A stretch of 64,000 nt of DNA from a virus (lineage: Duplodnaviria > Heunggongvirae > Uroviricota > Caudoviricetes), in IMG/VR virus record IMGVR_UViG_3300048930_000283; one strand, written 5' to 3'. Below the pieces are notes generated by a model, which saw only the letters and a program-made list of their open reading frames with translations, ran no database searches and was not told the DNA's origin. Shown here in pieces: positions 47,171 through 57,085 of this stretch; position 1 is the stretch's first letter; every line of letters starts with the position of its first letter. A program made the translations under genes and the position numbers.

Positions 47171-47245
47171 GATACCGACTCCATTAAATAAAGTACTTCA
47201 CAATAATAGTGATCCTCAAAGATCACTGCCTCCATCTTGTCTAAC

Positions 47246-47380
47246 TTATTGAATTCTTACAACCATATGATTTCCATCAGAATAATACTTCTCGTACAAA
47301 CTATTTAATAGAGATCTAGAGTTGGACGTAACAAAATATTTATTGGTTTTCAGATTCAGAATTGCGTATTTCAGTTGCAT
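47246..47380 (-). CDS. 44-aa hypothetical protein (not in track)
   Basis: MQLKYAILNLKTNKYFVTS...; RBS GAGGAG. Confidence 0.55.
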   Translation of the reverse strand: MQLKYAILNLKTNKYFVTSNSRSLLNSLYEKYYSDGNHMVVRIQ

Positions 47381-47555
47381 TGGTATTCTCCTCAACAATC
47401 TCTACTTTATCGGGAATGTTCCTACTAAACTGTGAAACTGGACACACAAAATACCTAACTAACATATTATTTATATATCTAGACACACCAGGATCTACCA
47501 AGGCGAACTTTCTACCATCAATTGAGATTTCATCTAGTATTTTTACCGTTTCCAT
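47340..47555 (-). CDS. Hypothetical protein
   Basis: Overlapping ORF. Confidence 0.5.
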   Translation of the reverse strand: METVKILDEISIDGRKFALVDPGVSRYINNMLVRYFVCPVSQFSRNIPDKVEIVEENTNATEIRNSESENQ

Positions 47556-47757
47556 AACTTAACCTATACCAAACTGCGTCATCTAATTTCTCAAAATAAA
47601 CATTTTCTGACAATGAAATGTTTGGCCAATAGAACCTACCATTAGATGGATAATCTAATAGATTCTTATACAAATCAAATGGTGTATCATCAAATAGACA
47701 CCAAACACTAACAGGATACCAACTACCAATAACTCGTTTATGATTATAGTGTTTCAT
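47530..47757 (-). CDS. Hypothetical protein
   Basis: Start moved to MKHYNH (ATGA overlap). Confidence 0.5.
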   Translation of the reverse strand: MKHYNHKRVIGSWYPVSVWCLFDDTPFDLYKNLLDYPSNGRFYWPNISLSENVYFEKLDDAVWYRLSYGNGKNTR

Positions 47758-48221
47758 ACTTCCCAAGGAAAGACAACCCAGCGTTTATCAATAGCTCGAT
47801 TGATACTATTAGTCCAGTAATTCGGAGTAAAGACTCGCTGATCAGTATTATTCCACAATGAAACAACCTGTATGTTTGGTAAATTCAATTCAGAATATTC
47901 TTTTATCGAGGAGAATAGTTCTTTCATGGTTACTCCAGAATCCACAATGTCTTCGACAATCAAAAACTTTCTACCTTCCGTTGAACTAATGACAATATCA
48001 GTCCACTTCAAATAATCTCGTTCAAGAAAATCTCTAGTCGACCAATTTAATGGAATTAGTGGTTTATTGAATTTGTGAGATAGATATGTTGCTGGTACTA
48101 ATCCACCTCGCATAACCCCAACCACAGCATCTGGTATAAAATCCTCTGCGTTGCACCACTTATATAAACTAATAACGTCTTCTTCAAATAAGGTTTGATT
48201 GTATGTTATCAACTCAGCCAT
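47754..48221 (-). CDS. Type I phosphoribosyltransferase (Gpt/XGPRT-like)
   Basis: Start moved to MAELITY; VGVMRGGLVP, LIVEDIVDSGVT, WVVFPWE. Confidence 0.88.
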   Translation of the reverse strand: MAELITYNQTLFEEDVISLYKWCNAEDFIPDAVVGVMRGGLVPATYLSHKFNKPLIPLNWSTRDFLERDYLKWTDIVISSTEGRKFLIVEDIVDSGVTMKELFSSIKEYSELNLPNIQVVSLWNNTDQRVFTPNYWTNSINRAIDKRWVVFPWEV

Positions 48222-48222
48222 A

Positions 48223-49137
48223 TTACGTCCCCACTTTATTAGAAAATAGTACAGATTGCAACCTACCACTAATATGATACCCTTCTTTAATGGCTCTAGT
48301 AGCAATTCGTTCAAGACAATCAGTATCTGTTTGCTGTTCCTTAGTGCTCCCAACTGGCATAACATAAATCGGTGGTAATGGAAAATGCATCTCCCTCAAT
48401 TCGTTAACCTTCTCATTAAGTTCATTCCACGCAGCATCACTATCATTCATCACGAATTTTAAATGACCGCTTACATTTTCAGAAAAATCGAAATATGAAG
48501 CAATAACATCTGGTTTCCATGAGTCGGTTTCCCCGGAAACATTAAACAATTTTGGTGATACATTCCAATTTATGTAAGATGCAGATTTACCTGATCTGGT
48601 ACCGTCATGCATATCATTTACCCACTGAATAAAATCTTTCTTCAAAGGTACTGTTCCATTTGTTTCAATTTGAATCCACCATGGATACAAATCAATATCT
48701 TCAATTGAATAATTTGAAAATGCAAAGTTCCAAAAATCAACAATTTTCATCTGTTGCAACATTGGTTCACCACCAGTAAAGCAGATGTCAATCTTATTTT
48801 CTGTTAATGGATGCTGCCAACTAATAACCAATTGACGCAACGAATCGGCCAATTCCTTATTAGTGTAATCCTTGGCTAAGTGTTTATACAATGGAGACCA
48901 ACTATACCCGGAATCGCAACCGTATTCAAATATTGGCAACTCATTTAAATTTTTGGTATTGAATACACCTTCAATTGAAAATTGGGGTAGAACCCACGTA
49001 GATGGGTTCGTTGGGTCTTTTTGCTTAAAACCTGAACAATTTAGGTTGCAGCCAAATAACCTAACAAACGCTGTTAAAACACCTGTTCTATTTCCTTCAC
49101 CCTGAATACTAAGAAATGGCGGTTCGCCTAGACGCAT
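48223..49137 (-). CDS. queE: 7-carboxy-7-deazaguanine synthase (radical SAM)
   Basis: SIQGEG, VRLFGCNLNC...CD, FTGGEP, IETNG, VSPK, RLQ. Confidence 0.9.
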   Translation of the reverse strand: MRLGEPPFLSIQGEGNRTGVLTAFVRLFGCNLNCSGFKQKDPTNPSTWVLPQFSIEGVFNTKNLNELPIFEYGCDSGYSWSPLYKHLAKDYTNKELADSLRQLVISWQHPLTENKIDICFTGGEPMLQQMKIVDFWNFAFSNYSIEDIDLYPWWIQIETNGTVPLKKDFIQWVNDMHDGTRSGKSASYINWNVSPKLFNVSGETDSWKPDVIASYFDFSENVSGHLKFVMNDSDAAWNELNEKVNELREMHFPLPPIYVMPVGSTKEQQTDTDCLERIATRAIKEGYHISGRLQSVLFSNKVGT

Positions 49138-49160
49138 GATTAACCTTTCACCAAAATTAC

Positions 49161-49189
49161 ATTATAACAATCTAATCTAATTCCTTCAA
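49161..49189 (-). promoter_or_regulatory. Sigma70-type promoter for queE
   Basis: TTGAAG-N17-TATAAT with extended -10. Confidence 0.7.
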
Positions 49190-49387
49190 ATTTACAGACT
49201 GCATAATTAGGTAATCCACCCAATCAGCAGCCATAGTTTCACTATCAAAGTATCTTACATTAGTGTACTGAAAAATGGGGTTAAATGCAACTATGCAAAT
49301 AACCCCATCATTATTGTTTACTGAAGTTTTAAACAACCAGTCACCTCGTTGAATTAATGGTAAATAGGTGACTGGTATGTTTTTCAC
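49172..49387 (-). CDS. Hypothetical protein
   Basis: Follows hsp20 with ATGA overlap. Confidence 0.6.
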   Translation of the reverse strand: MKNIPVTYLPLIQRGDWLFKTSVNNNDGVICIVAFNPIFQYTNVRYFDSETMAADWVDYLIMQSVNLKELD

Positions 49388-49797
49388 TTAACTTCGATTT
49401 TCTTTGGGGTTTCCTTTTCAGGAACCATTCGATCAAGAATAACTCGAAGCATACCATTCATCATCTCAGCATTTTTGACAACTACACTATCTGCTAATGT
49501 GAATGTCTTAGAGAACGATCTCTCAGAAATACCTTTATATAGGTAGTCATCACTTTTCTGATTGACACTTCCTGAAATTTTCAGTTGGTCTCCATCAAGA
49601 ACAACCTCAACATCTGATTTCCCAAAACCAGCAAGGGCCATCTCTATAGAATAGCTATTTTCACCAGTTCGCTTGATGTTGTATGGTGGGAAGTTCTGTG
49701 TAATGAACTTTCGATTACCTTCAATAAGGGAATCTAGTGTGTCAAACATACCTTCAAAACCAACCCAATTTGGTAAATACTCTTTTACTTTAGTCAT
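49384..49797 (-). CDS. Small heat-shock protein (Hsp20)
   Basis: FPPYNI, EMALAGF, GISERSF...F.LA, NGML. Confidence 0.93.
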   Translation of the reverse strand: MTKVKEYLPNWVGFEGMFDTLDSLIEGNRKFITQNFPPYNIKRTGENSYSIEMALAGFGKSDVEVVLDGDQLKISGSVNQKSDDYLYKGISERSFSKTFTLADSVVVKNAEMMNGMLRVILDRMVPEKETPKKIEVK

Positions 49798-49859
49798 ACA
49801 TTTCTCCTTCTATGAAGCAAGAATACACTTGAACAGCAAGTGCTACCGATTCGAGCCTA

Positions 49860-50279
49860 TTAGGCACTCAAATTCTTTTTGGACCTACCACCAACTGAGT
49901 ACTTAGCCTCCAGTTGCCAATCATTTTTCTCTGAAAACGGAATAACCTTAACTGTACTTATTTTTGCCCTCTCACCTAAAGTTGACTTAACTTTAAGCAA
50001 ACCCCAATCTTGCAGCAACGACGCTATCAGATTTCTGCGTTTTACATCATCTTCACTAATATCAGATGACTTACCATCCAAGGCAAACATCTCTTTAAAG
50101 TGCATCAGGTAATAATTACCTCGTTTGTGAAGTATATGCACTGACTGATACAATGTTTTAGTTCTTAGTGATGGTATACCTATTCTAGTTAGGGTCTCTT
50201 TAACCTTTAAGAATGCATCCGGATCATCCAACTCAATCTGAACTCCCAGGATATTTCCGTTTTCTTGAATTATAGTCAT
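49860..50279 (-). CDS. regA: Translational repressor
   Basis: FLKVKETLTRIGI, LYQSVHILHKRG.YY.MHFKE. Confidence 0.95.
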   Translation of the reverse strand: MTIIQENGNILGVQIELDDPDAFLKVKETLTRIGIPSLRTKTLYQSVHILHKRGNYYLMHFKEMFALDGKSSDISEDDVKRRNLIASLLQDWGLLKVKSTLGERAKISTVKVIPFSEKNDWQLEAKYSVGGRSKKNLSA

Positions 50280-50285
50280 AATTAT

Positions 50286-50663
50286 TCACCTTTTCTTTCC
50301 GCCATAGTTTTGTGATTCTTTTATTTCTTCTAATTGTTCATCGGAAAGTAACTTTAAATACTGTTCCGCCACACTTTTATTTATGCAGAAATAGTTCATG
50401 ATATTGGATAAATTTTCCTCTAATTTATCAGCTTTTGCCCACTTCCCCCAACGCTTACCCTTAGGTACTGCATTTAAATAAAAATCAAACTGCTGATCCT
50501 TATCCAAGTGTGCTCTCTGATTCATTTCATTAGCGAAAAATACAGTATCCATAGTCATTGAAAGACCACGATTTATAATGAAGGGACTATATTCCGAGAC
50601 AACATCAGATCTATCGCAGATCTTTTTCTCATTGATTATATTGATAATATCAAACGGACTCAT
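50286..50663 (-). CDS. gp62: Clamp loader small subunit
   Basis: YSPFIINRGLS, ANEMN, QFDFY, KRWGKW. Confidence 0.9.
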   Translation of the reverse strand: MSPFDIINIINEKKICDRSDVVSEYSPFIINRGLSMTMDTVFFANEMNQRAHLDKDQQFDFYLNAVPKGKRWGKWAKADKLEENLSNIMNYFCINKSVAEQYLKLLSDEQLEEIKESQNYGGKKR

Positions 50664-51135
50664 TTTTCATCGCATCGTAAAATGGTTTATACCCCTCTTT
50701 CTCACCCTTCCATGGCATTAAATTATCACGCTTCTTTGATGCGTATACTAACTCACCCCAATCTCCATATTCACTAACTAATCTATAAAGTTCTGGGATA
50801 TCCTCAATAGTAACATCTTCGCCGTCAGCTGCTGGATAAAAGAAATCATTGCATAGTACATACAACCCAATTTCGTCACCAACATCCAAATACAATGCGT
50901 TTCTCTCAAACAAAAATAAAACCATCTCCTTAATGTCATCACCAAGAGACCTAAACCATTCTTCGGCCTTAATTTCCTTTTTATTGATACTCATTAATGC
51001 CGCATTCCACCCATCCTGCCACTCAGTTCTCTTAGTTTCCTTCCCACCCTCAATCACCGCAGCTGGGTATATTCCCATAGATTCTACTACAGAAGATAAA
51101 AATACATCTCGTAGTTTATTTGGCGTCACTTCCAT
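50650..51135 (-). CDS. Hypothetical protein inserted between gp44 and gp62
   Basis: Overlapping ORF. Confidence 0.55.
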   Translation of the reverse strand: MEVTPNKLRDVFLSSVVESMGIYPAAVIEGGKETKRTEWQDGWNAALMSINKKEIKAEEWFRSLGDDIKEMVLFLFERNALYLDVGDEIGLYVLCNDFFYPAADGEDVTIEDIPELYRLVSEYGDWGELVYASKKRDNLMPWKGEKEGYKPFYDAMKNESV

Positions 51136-52079
51136 TCTATCCCCTGATTTAACATAACTTCAGTTAAAGCTGCCATCGTATTTATTTCTTGGTCGGCAAC
51201 AAACGCTGCTTTATATTGATAGTCAGCTAGAATTAGAACCAAACTAGGTAGTGACTTAGGCATCATTTTTTCGGTTGCTAGGTCATAGAATGATCTAAAT
51301 AGCATTGATGTATCCATGTCTGAGTTTTGAGCAACCCACTTCCTAACATCACCATATTTCTTTTCCTTTAGAGACTTCATCAAGGATGAAAATGCTTCGG
51401 TAGAAAAATTCAGAAGAATACCAGAATCAATCTTACCTGCTGCTGAATATCTCTGCAACTCATTTAGACATCTACGAAAATCTGGGAAATGTTTTTTGAC
51501 AACTTCTGCTACAACCTTCTTATCAAACTCAACCCCCTCATTACTCAAAATTTCAGTGGTTCGTTTGAAGAATGCAGCCATCAACTCTGCTCTTTCAGAT
51601 GTAGGAATTTTAAAATCAAAGACAGCTGAACGAGAATGGAGGGGCTCAATGATCTTATTTTTAAAGTTGCAGGTGAGAATCATTGAATGATTCCCAGCAA
51701 ACTCTTCAATAAAATTTCTTAATGCGGCTTGGGCCTGCGCCGTGAGGTAATCAGCCTCATCTAGTAAAGTAACCTTTTTGCTATCACTAAATGATACTGT
51801 TGAGGCGAACTGAGCAATTTTAGTTCTAATAGTGTCGATACCATTCTCAGATGATGCGTTAATAATAAGTAGATCCGCACCAATTTCATTACACATTGCC
51901 TTAGCAAGTGTAGTTTTCCCTATGCCAGCAGTTCCAGTAAAAAGCATATTTGGGAAATGACCTTGCTTAACAAATCCCAATGCCTCATTTCTCAACGCCT
52001 CAGGTAAAATACATTCAGATACTGTTTTTGGTCGGTATCGCTCGACCCAAATCGTGTGGCGGGTGTCACTAGAAACCAT
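51126..52079 (-). CDS. gp44: Clamp loader AAA+ subunit
   Basis: WVERYRP, GTAGIGKTT, LDEAD, SR, FPDFRR. Confidence 0.95.
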   Translation of the reverse strand: MVSSDTRHTIWVERYRPKTVSECILPEALRNEALGFVKQGHFPNMLFTGTAGIGKTTLAKAMCNEIGADLLIINASSENGIDTIRTKIAQFASTVSFSDSKKVTLLDEADYLTAQAQAALRNFIEEFAGNHSMILTCNFKNKIIEPLHSRSAVFDFKIPTSERAELMAAFFKRTTEILSNEGVEFDKKVVAEVVKKHFPDFRRCLNELQRYSAAGKIDSGILLNFSTEAFSSLMKSLKEKKYGDVRKWVAQNSDMDTSMLFRSFYDLATEKMMPKSLPSLVLILADYQYKAAFVADQEINTMAALTEVMLNQGIEWK

Positions 52080-52094
52080 AATATACTCCTAGTA

Positions 52095-52757
52095 TTACTT
52101 AAACTCAGATGTTGCTTCAACCGCAATATATGTTGTTGAGTTATAAGTGGTATTCTCGAACTTACTAATTTTCTTTGAAGATATTTCTACCTTATGGTCA
52201 CCAGGTAGTAACTTGATTTTCTCAACCTTAAAATTGACCACAAATTCATCTTTTGTGTTTGTATCCATATCAATATCAAAGTTATTGCCAGAAGGGTTTT
52301 TCAAATCCAAAACCCTGGCTACAATCTTATTTCCATCACCAACAAAAGATAGGTCCTCGACCGCCAAAATACCAGCCATCTTCTGAATTCTAGCTAAATC
52401 TGCCGCACTAAGAGTAAATGAAACTTCTGCTTTAGGCATGTTAATTGCCTTTGACGGAGAAACCAAAAGTGTAGGGTCAGCATAAACATATTTCACCGAT
52501 TGCTTCCCCTCGGTTATAGTCATGTATTTATCCTCCAGTTCAATCTCAGGATCACTAAAACTAGACAAAACACCAAGAAGTTCTGACAGATTAAAAATTG
52601 AAACTTGTTTTGCAAATTTCTCAGAAACATCAACCACTGCCATAATATCCTTAGCAATACTCATTGTAGATATTTTACTACCAGCAGGAATAACCAGGTT
52701 GGTGTTAATAGAACTCCATACCTTAAGAACTTCAATTGTTTGTTTAGACAGTTTCAT
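52095..52757 (-). CDS. gp45: Sliding clamp
   Basis: MKLSKQTIEVLK..SSIN; synteny with gp44/62. Confidence 0.92.
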   Translation of the reverse strand: MKLSKQTIEVLKVWSSINTNLVIPAGSKISTMSIAKDIMAVVDVSEKFAKQVSIFNLSELLGVLSSFSDPEIELEDKYMTITEGKQSVKYVYADPTLLVSPSKAINMPKAEVSFTLSAADLARIQKMAGILAVEDLSFVGDGNKIVARVLDLKNPSGNNFDIDMDTNTKDEFVVNFKVEKIKLLPGDHKVEISSKKISKFENTTYNSTTYIAVEATSEFK

Positions 52758-52956
52758 TTATTTCACCTTTCTTCTTTGGTTTATACCTATCCAAAATTGG
52801 ATCAGGATCAATTCGATTCATTAACTTTTGCCCAAGTTCATGCAGGGTTGGTGGTATGACACCAATATATTTCTTCATTTTGTTAATTCTACCCAAATGA
52901 CCGCCAGGACTCTCACGTCGCCATTCTTTCATTTTGTTTTTAGCTTTTCTTGGCAT
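52744..52956 (-). CDS. Small basic hypothetical protein
   Basis: Start moved to MPRKAKNK. Confidence 0.5.
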   Translation of the reverse strand: MPRKAKNKMKEWRRESPGGHLGRINKMKKYIGVIPPTLHELGQKLMNRIDPDPILDRYKPKKKGEINETV

Positions 52957-53194
52957 TTTTATCCTTTCTAAGATTCTCAATATGACGCTTAATATACCAC
53001 ACCGCCTTTTCGCAGTCCTCAATTTGTTTATCTAAAACATCCTCATTGGCACCAGTTTTCAGTCCCTGCCTCCATAGATATTTTATACCATTACCAATAC
53101 AGAAGTTATAATGTTCGGTTATTTCGATGCATTCTACACCACTAGGATGACTAGTGTAATGCTTAGGATGATTTACTGGATCGTTTTCTGTCAT
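52940..53194 (-). CDS. DUF3310-like protein
   Basis: DPVNHPKHYT...ECIE...GN.IKYLWR. Confidence 0.85.
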   Translation of the reverse strand: MTENDPVNHPKHYTSHPSGVECIEITEHYNFCIGNGIKYLWRQGLKTGANEDVLDKQIEDCEKAVWYIKRHIENLRKDKNAKKS

Positions 53195-54207
53195 GCAATT
53201 TTTTCCTCAATGTATTCAATCATCTCGACTGTAGTATCAAACTTCTCAGCTAATTTGATTCTAGCAATCCAATCACCGGTAGATATTTCCTTCCATACAT
53301 CGTCTCGGGGTGATAAGAAATAGTCCTGAAAAATACGCTGTGATACAGATTCCCAGTTATCTTCGAAATAGTCGTGATCATTCCACTCCTCATGCGGGTC
53401 GTCTGATCTAACAACAGGTGAATCGGTATAATCCGAATTATCATTTCTTAAGTTCTGCCAGTCTTTCAGCTCCCCGACAACCACATATGCGCAGCACCTA
53501 CCCTTTGCATTATTGTAATCGCTAGGAATACTAACAACATCTTCTGGATTAATTTTAACTAAAACACACTTACTTGAAGTGGTAGAACCATAATGAGGCA
53601 AATATTCTTTACTACAAAAGTGGAATCCAGTTGAGCAGGTATTATGTCTTCGGTCATCAACTTCATTCCTAGGCATAGACAAGTACTGCCCAACAGAATT
53701 ATCGAATTTACCAGAATGAATATCCTTATAGTCTTTACGAACTAACTTATATGCAATGAAATAGCCATCCTCAGTAATAGGCAACCTAGTTGCCTCAAGG
53801 AACATATAGAGTTCATCAACCGACTGCTTAGATGGATTACCCAGGAGATTTTCCATGAAATTTAGCATAGGAGTAATATTCATATCCGCCTTAGCCATAG
53901 CGATAATTCTTGAAGAGATAGAATTGTGTAGTGTCTGCCACAAATCATCCTCAGTGTATCTAAACTCTATGGAGTCATCAGTGATACGAAATTCCATCCC
54001 CCAATCTGACTTAGCAGTAGTCAAAAACTTATTAACAGCAACCTTAACATCACCAAGTCGTTCTGCCCCAACATAATCACCAAGATTGATTAGGTTAATA
54101 AAATTCTCATAATCCTTTTCAGATGAATATTTGGTAACTGAATTACCATTACTGATATTCACCAGACAAGTGAAATCTTCACCAATTATATAACTATACT
54201 TTTCCAT
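53191..54207 (-). CDS. rIIB: rIIB-like protein
   Basis: NPS..ELYMFL...LPITEDG..IAYK; PR..VDD...CSTGFH. Confidence 0.88.
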   Translation of the reverse strand: MEKYSYIIGEDFTCLVNISNGNSVTKYSSEKDYENFINLINLGDYVGAERLGDVKVAVNKFLTTAKSDWGMEFRITDDSIEFRYTEDDLWQTLHNSISSRIIAMAKADMNITPMLNFMENLLGNPSKQSVDELYMFLEATRLPITEDGYFIAYKLVRKDYKDIHSGKFDNSVGQYLSMPRNEVDDRRHNTCSTGFHFCSKEYLPHYGSTTSSKCVLVKINPEDVVSIPSDYNNAKGRCCAYVVVGELKDWQNLRNDNSDYTDSPVVRSDDPHEEWNDHDYFEDNWESVSQRIFQDYFLSPRDDVWKEISTGDWIARIKLAEKFDTTVEMIEYIEEKIA

Positions 54208-56263
54208 TCTTCAACTCCTTATCAATTAAATTGACATACTCAAGAAAATCTTTTTCTGACATATCATAATTATGATATTTCAGCATTGGATAAATGTCAA
54301 AAAGATTACCATAATGCGGTAGATTTGTACCCTTGTTAATTTTACTAAATAAACGATATTTAGCGATAGTCTCCTTAGAGATGCAAGAATATTGTTTGTA
54401 TTCTTCAACAATTTTAGATGTTTGCGGTAATTTATCACACCACAATGAACAAGAATATGAGAATCTGGTGTTTTCAGTAAACCAACGCCACCTCAAATAA
54501 CTGATATAATCCGACTTAACAAATAATTTGCATTCAGATAAAACATCCTCCACTTTCTTAGCATTTTTTGGTGGATTGGTTCCCTGCCTAACACCCAAAA
54601 GATGTAACGTGTCATTCGCTGATTTTAGGTGTTTATAGTTAACTACATCCAAGTCTACTGTTGAAGATTGTCTGGCTTTGGTGAAATTGGCGTACACTAA
54701 ATTGGTATCACCTAATATAGATTCTACTTCATCCTTAGAAATTGGCCTAAATTTCAGTTCCCCGTAATTTGAATCCAACCAATACCAATCCTTAGATGCA
54801 TCAACCCCATTTATCTTCCTCTCAACCTTAATTCTTGGCGGATCCGTTAGTGTTGAAGCCTTTTTGATGAATCCCTTTAACTCCTTAGGAATGTTTCTAA
54901 CTTCATCTGGTGTTATAACTAAAATGTTAGTGACACCACCTAATTTAATTTGATGTTTGATTCGTGCGGATGTATTAAACACGTTCTTAACAACAATCAT
55001 AAAACTCTTATCAATAATTGCACCAATGGTAATCCCAACACCATGACCATCACCGGTCTTTACTCCAAAAGAAAATATGCCATACCTACTATTAAGCTTT
55101 GGTCTAACGATATTTGCTAATCGATTGGTTTTAACCCCAACCACACTGGCCGTTATAACAATTGAATTGAGATCATACTCAGATCTTATATCATATGGAT
55201 TACCAAATTCATGTAGGCACAACTCTACAGTGCCTGAAAATTTCCGAAAATAGGTATTGATGTACTTAGCTAATGACACCTTATAGTTTATTTGCGACTC
55301 TGTAGGAACCATTTCACGGAACTTATCCTTAAAGAATCCTAAGATAATTCGTATCTTCGATTCAAACGCATCAATAGTATATTTAGTGTATTGAATTGAT
55401 TCTCTGGATATACTTAGTTCCAGTTCACCAACACCAAATAATAGTCGAATACCACCATTTTTAAGAATCTCAGAGATTGCACGCTGTTCTTTTGCATCAA
55501 ATCTCGGTGATATAAACTGGTATAGTTCGGAAAAATTTATACCATATTTTCGGTTCGAAATAATTACACTCAAACCAGAATATGACACATATGTCTCATG
55601 CAATAGAACCCAATCGGTTGATTGGTATATAGTTTTGGGCTCAGGGAAAACCGGGGTGGCACCAAAAAACTTAGGCTTAACAGGATAAAACTCATAAACA
55701 GATGAAAACAAGTCAATCCAGATTTTCTTCTTGGTTGGATCAATCGGTATTGAAACCTCCAACCCAGTTTCATCAGTCTGATTCTCAGTCAGTTTAGTTA
55801 GGGCAGGAATGCCCCGTTCATTAACAAATACCTTGTATAGTGTTGAAACACCATTATGGTTTGATCTAATATCCCACGTTTTTGTTACCGCAGCAGGAGA
55901 CTTTGCCCCAATACCCCATGACCCTAAATATTCATTAGATGTTCTCTTGTGAGAACCAGACTCACCATAAGTTGTTAGTAGCTTACGGACGTCTGCCTCA
56001 GATAAACCGGGACCAAAATCTCTAATTCGTAGAGAAGAGTTAAACTCTGTTGGTGCATATACATGAATCGGTTCGTTTTCTTTACCGACTAATTTATGCG
56101 CATCCAATGCATTTGCGGAAATTTCATGAAGAACACACGCCTCCTTATTAGAATAAAGGAAGTCTGATAACATTCGGAACAATCTAGCACTGTCTGTGGT
56201 TGTAGAAAACTCCTGTGTGTTTGAAATATTGCTTTTTATTGGTGCTGGTTTATTGACAATCAT
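54194..56263 (-). CDS. rIIA: rIIA-like protein (GHKL ATPase N-terminus)
   Basis: LYSNK...EISANALDA, RDFGPGL, GIGAKS. Confidence 0.88.
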   Translation of the reverse strand: MIVNKPAPIKSNISNTQEFSTTTDSARLFRMLSDFLYSNKEACVLHEISANALDAHKLVGKENEPIHVYAPTEFNSSLRIRDFGPGLSEADVRKLLTTYGESGSHKRTSNEYLGSWGIGAKSPAAVTKTWDIRSNHNGVSTLYKVFVNERGIPALTKLTENQTDETGLEVSIPIDPTKKKIWIDLFSSVYEFYPVKPKFFGATPVFPEPKTIYQSTDWVLLHETYVSYSGLSVIISNRKYGINFSELYQFISPRFDAKEQRAISEILKNGGIRLLFGVGELELSISRESIQYTKYTIDAFESKIRIILGFFKDKFREMVPTESQINYKVSLAKYINTYFRKFSGTVELCLHEFGNPYDIRSEYDLNSIVITASVVGVKTNRLANIVRPKLNSRYGIFSFGVKTGDGHGVGITIGAIIDKSFMIVVKNVFNTSARIKHQIKLGGVTNILVITPDEVRNIPKELKGFIKKASTLTDPPRIKVERKINGVDASKDWYWLDSNYGELKFRPISKDEVESILGDTNLVYANFTKARQSSTVDLDVVNYKHLKSANDTLHLLGVRQGTNPPKNAKKVEDVLSECKLFVKSDYISYLRWRWFTENTRFSYSCSLWCDKLPQTSKIVEEYKQYSCISKETIAKYRLFSKINKGTNLPHYGNLFDIYPMLKYHNYDMSEKDFLEYVNLIDKELKNGKV

Positions 56264-56457
56264 CCCAACTTATCTCCATACTTAAGTAAAAACATCAAAT
56301 ATTCTTTTGGGTTCTCTAGTTCACCCGCAGAGTCTCTGGCCACTATTCTATAACAACTACAACAAACATAGCCAATTATCCCATAGTATCCAGTCAAATA
56401 CCAACCACCGGGATCAACAGGATTACCACAAAATTTGCAACATCTAGAACTACCCAT
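56260..56457 (-). CDS. Small Cys-rich (zinc-finger-like) protein
   Basis: CKFC...CCSC. Confidence 0.5.
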   Translation of the reverse strand: MGSSRCCKFCGNPVDPGGWYLTGYYGIIGYVCCSCYRIVARDSAGELENPKEYLMFLLKYGDKLG

Positions 56458-56478
56458 AGTATAATTATATCATACTAA

Positions 56479-57084
56479 CTACTTCTTTGCAATGAGCTCA
56501 GTCAACTCATTGAATTTTTTGATAAATTCCTTATATGCCTCTATAGATCTAATTGGGTTGGGAAACTGCTGCAAGTCAACTAAAGTGATGTTGTATTTGC
56601 CATAGTTACACCAATCCCTACCTCTAGACTCCATAAACGCATGCGCCTCAATATAAAGGGCCCGTTTATCAAAAAAATCTACAATAACAGATGCATCGGG
56701 CGATAGGTTAGTACCAACATATTTAACGAATATCATATCCAACAACCTATTTTCTAAACGCTTAAACACTTCATGTAACCCGTTTATTCGTTTTATAGGT
56801 GACGGAATATCACCAATATATGCCTCAGCTGCATCATGAAGCAAACCAAAAAGAGCTAACCGTGGGTTGTTTGAATACTCATGTTCTATCATATTGCATA
56901 CGAATAATGAATGTTGAGCAACATTATAGGGAATCTCAGTAATAGTATGGCCAGCAAACCTACTTATTCTACTAAGAGCCCACGCAATATCATTTATTTC
57001 AATATCATCAACTGTACTATGTAGTGGACTAACAAACCTTCCACTAACTGTTTCAATTGATCCCTCTATATTAACACTCCCCAT
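56479..57084 (-). CDS. HD-domain deoxynucleotide phosphohydrolase (YfbR-like)
   Basis: RFAGHT...YNVAQHS...LLHDAAEAYIGD. Confidence 0.88.
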   Translation of the reverse strand: MGSVNIEGSIETVSGRFVSPLHSTVDDIEINDIAWALSRISRFAGHTITEIPYNVAQHSLFVCNMIEHEYSNNPRLALFGLLHDAAEAYIGDIPSPIKRINGLHEVFKRLENRLLDMIFVKYVGTNLSPDASVIVDFFDKRALYIEAHAFMESRGRDWCNYGKYNITLVDLQQFPNPIRSIEAYKEFIKKFNELTELIAKK

Positions 57085-57085
57085 A

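Noticed and set aside
47167-47234. 22-codon ORF MEAVIFEDHYY...
   Set aside because: Too short, with a weak RBS
49800-49860. Possible tRNA fragment or structured RNA upstream of hsp20 (contains TTCGA)
   Set aside because: No cloverleaf could be built; probably just the leader/RBS region
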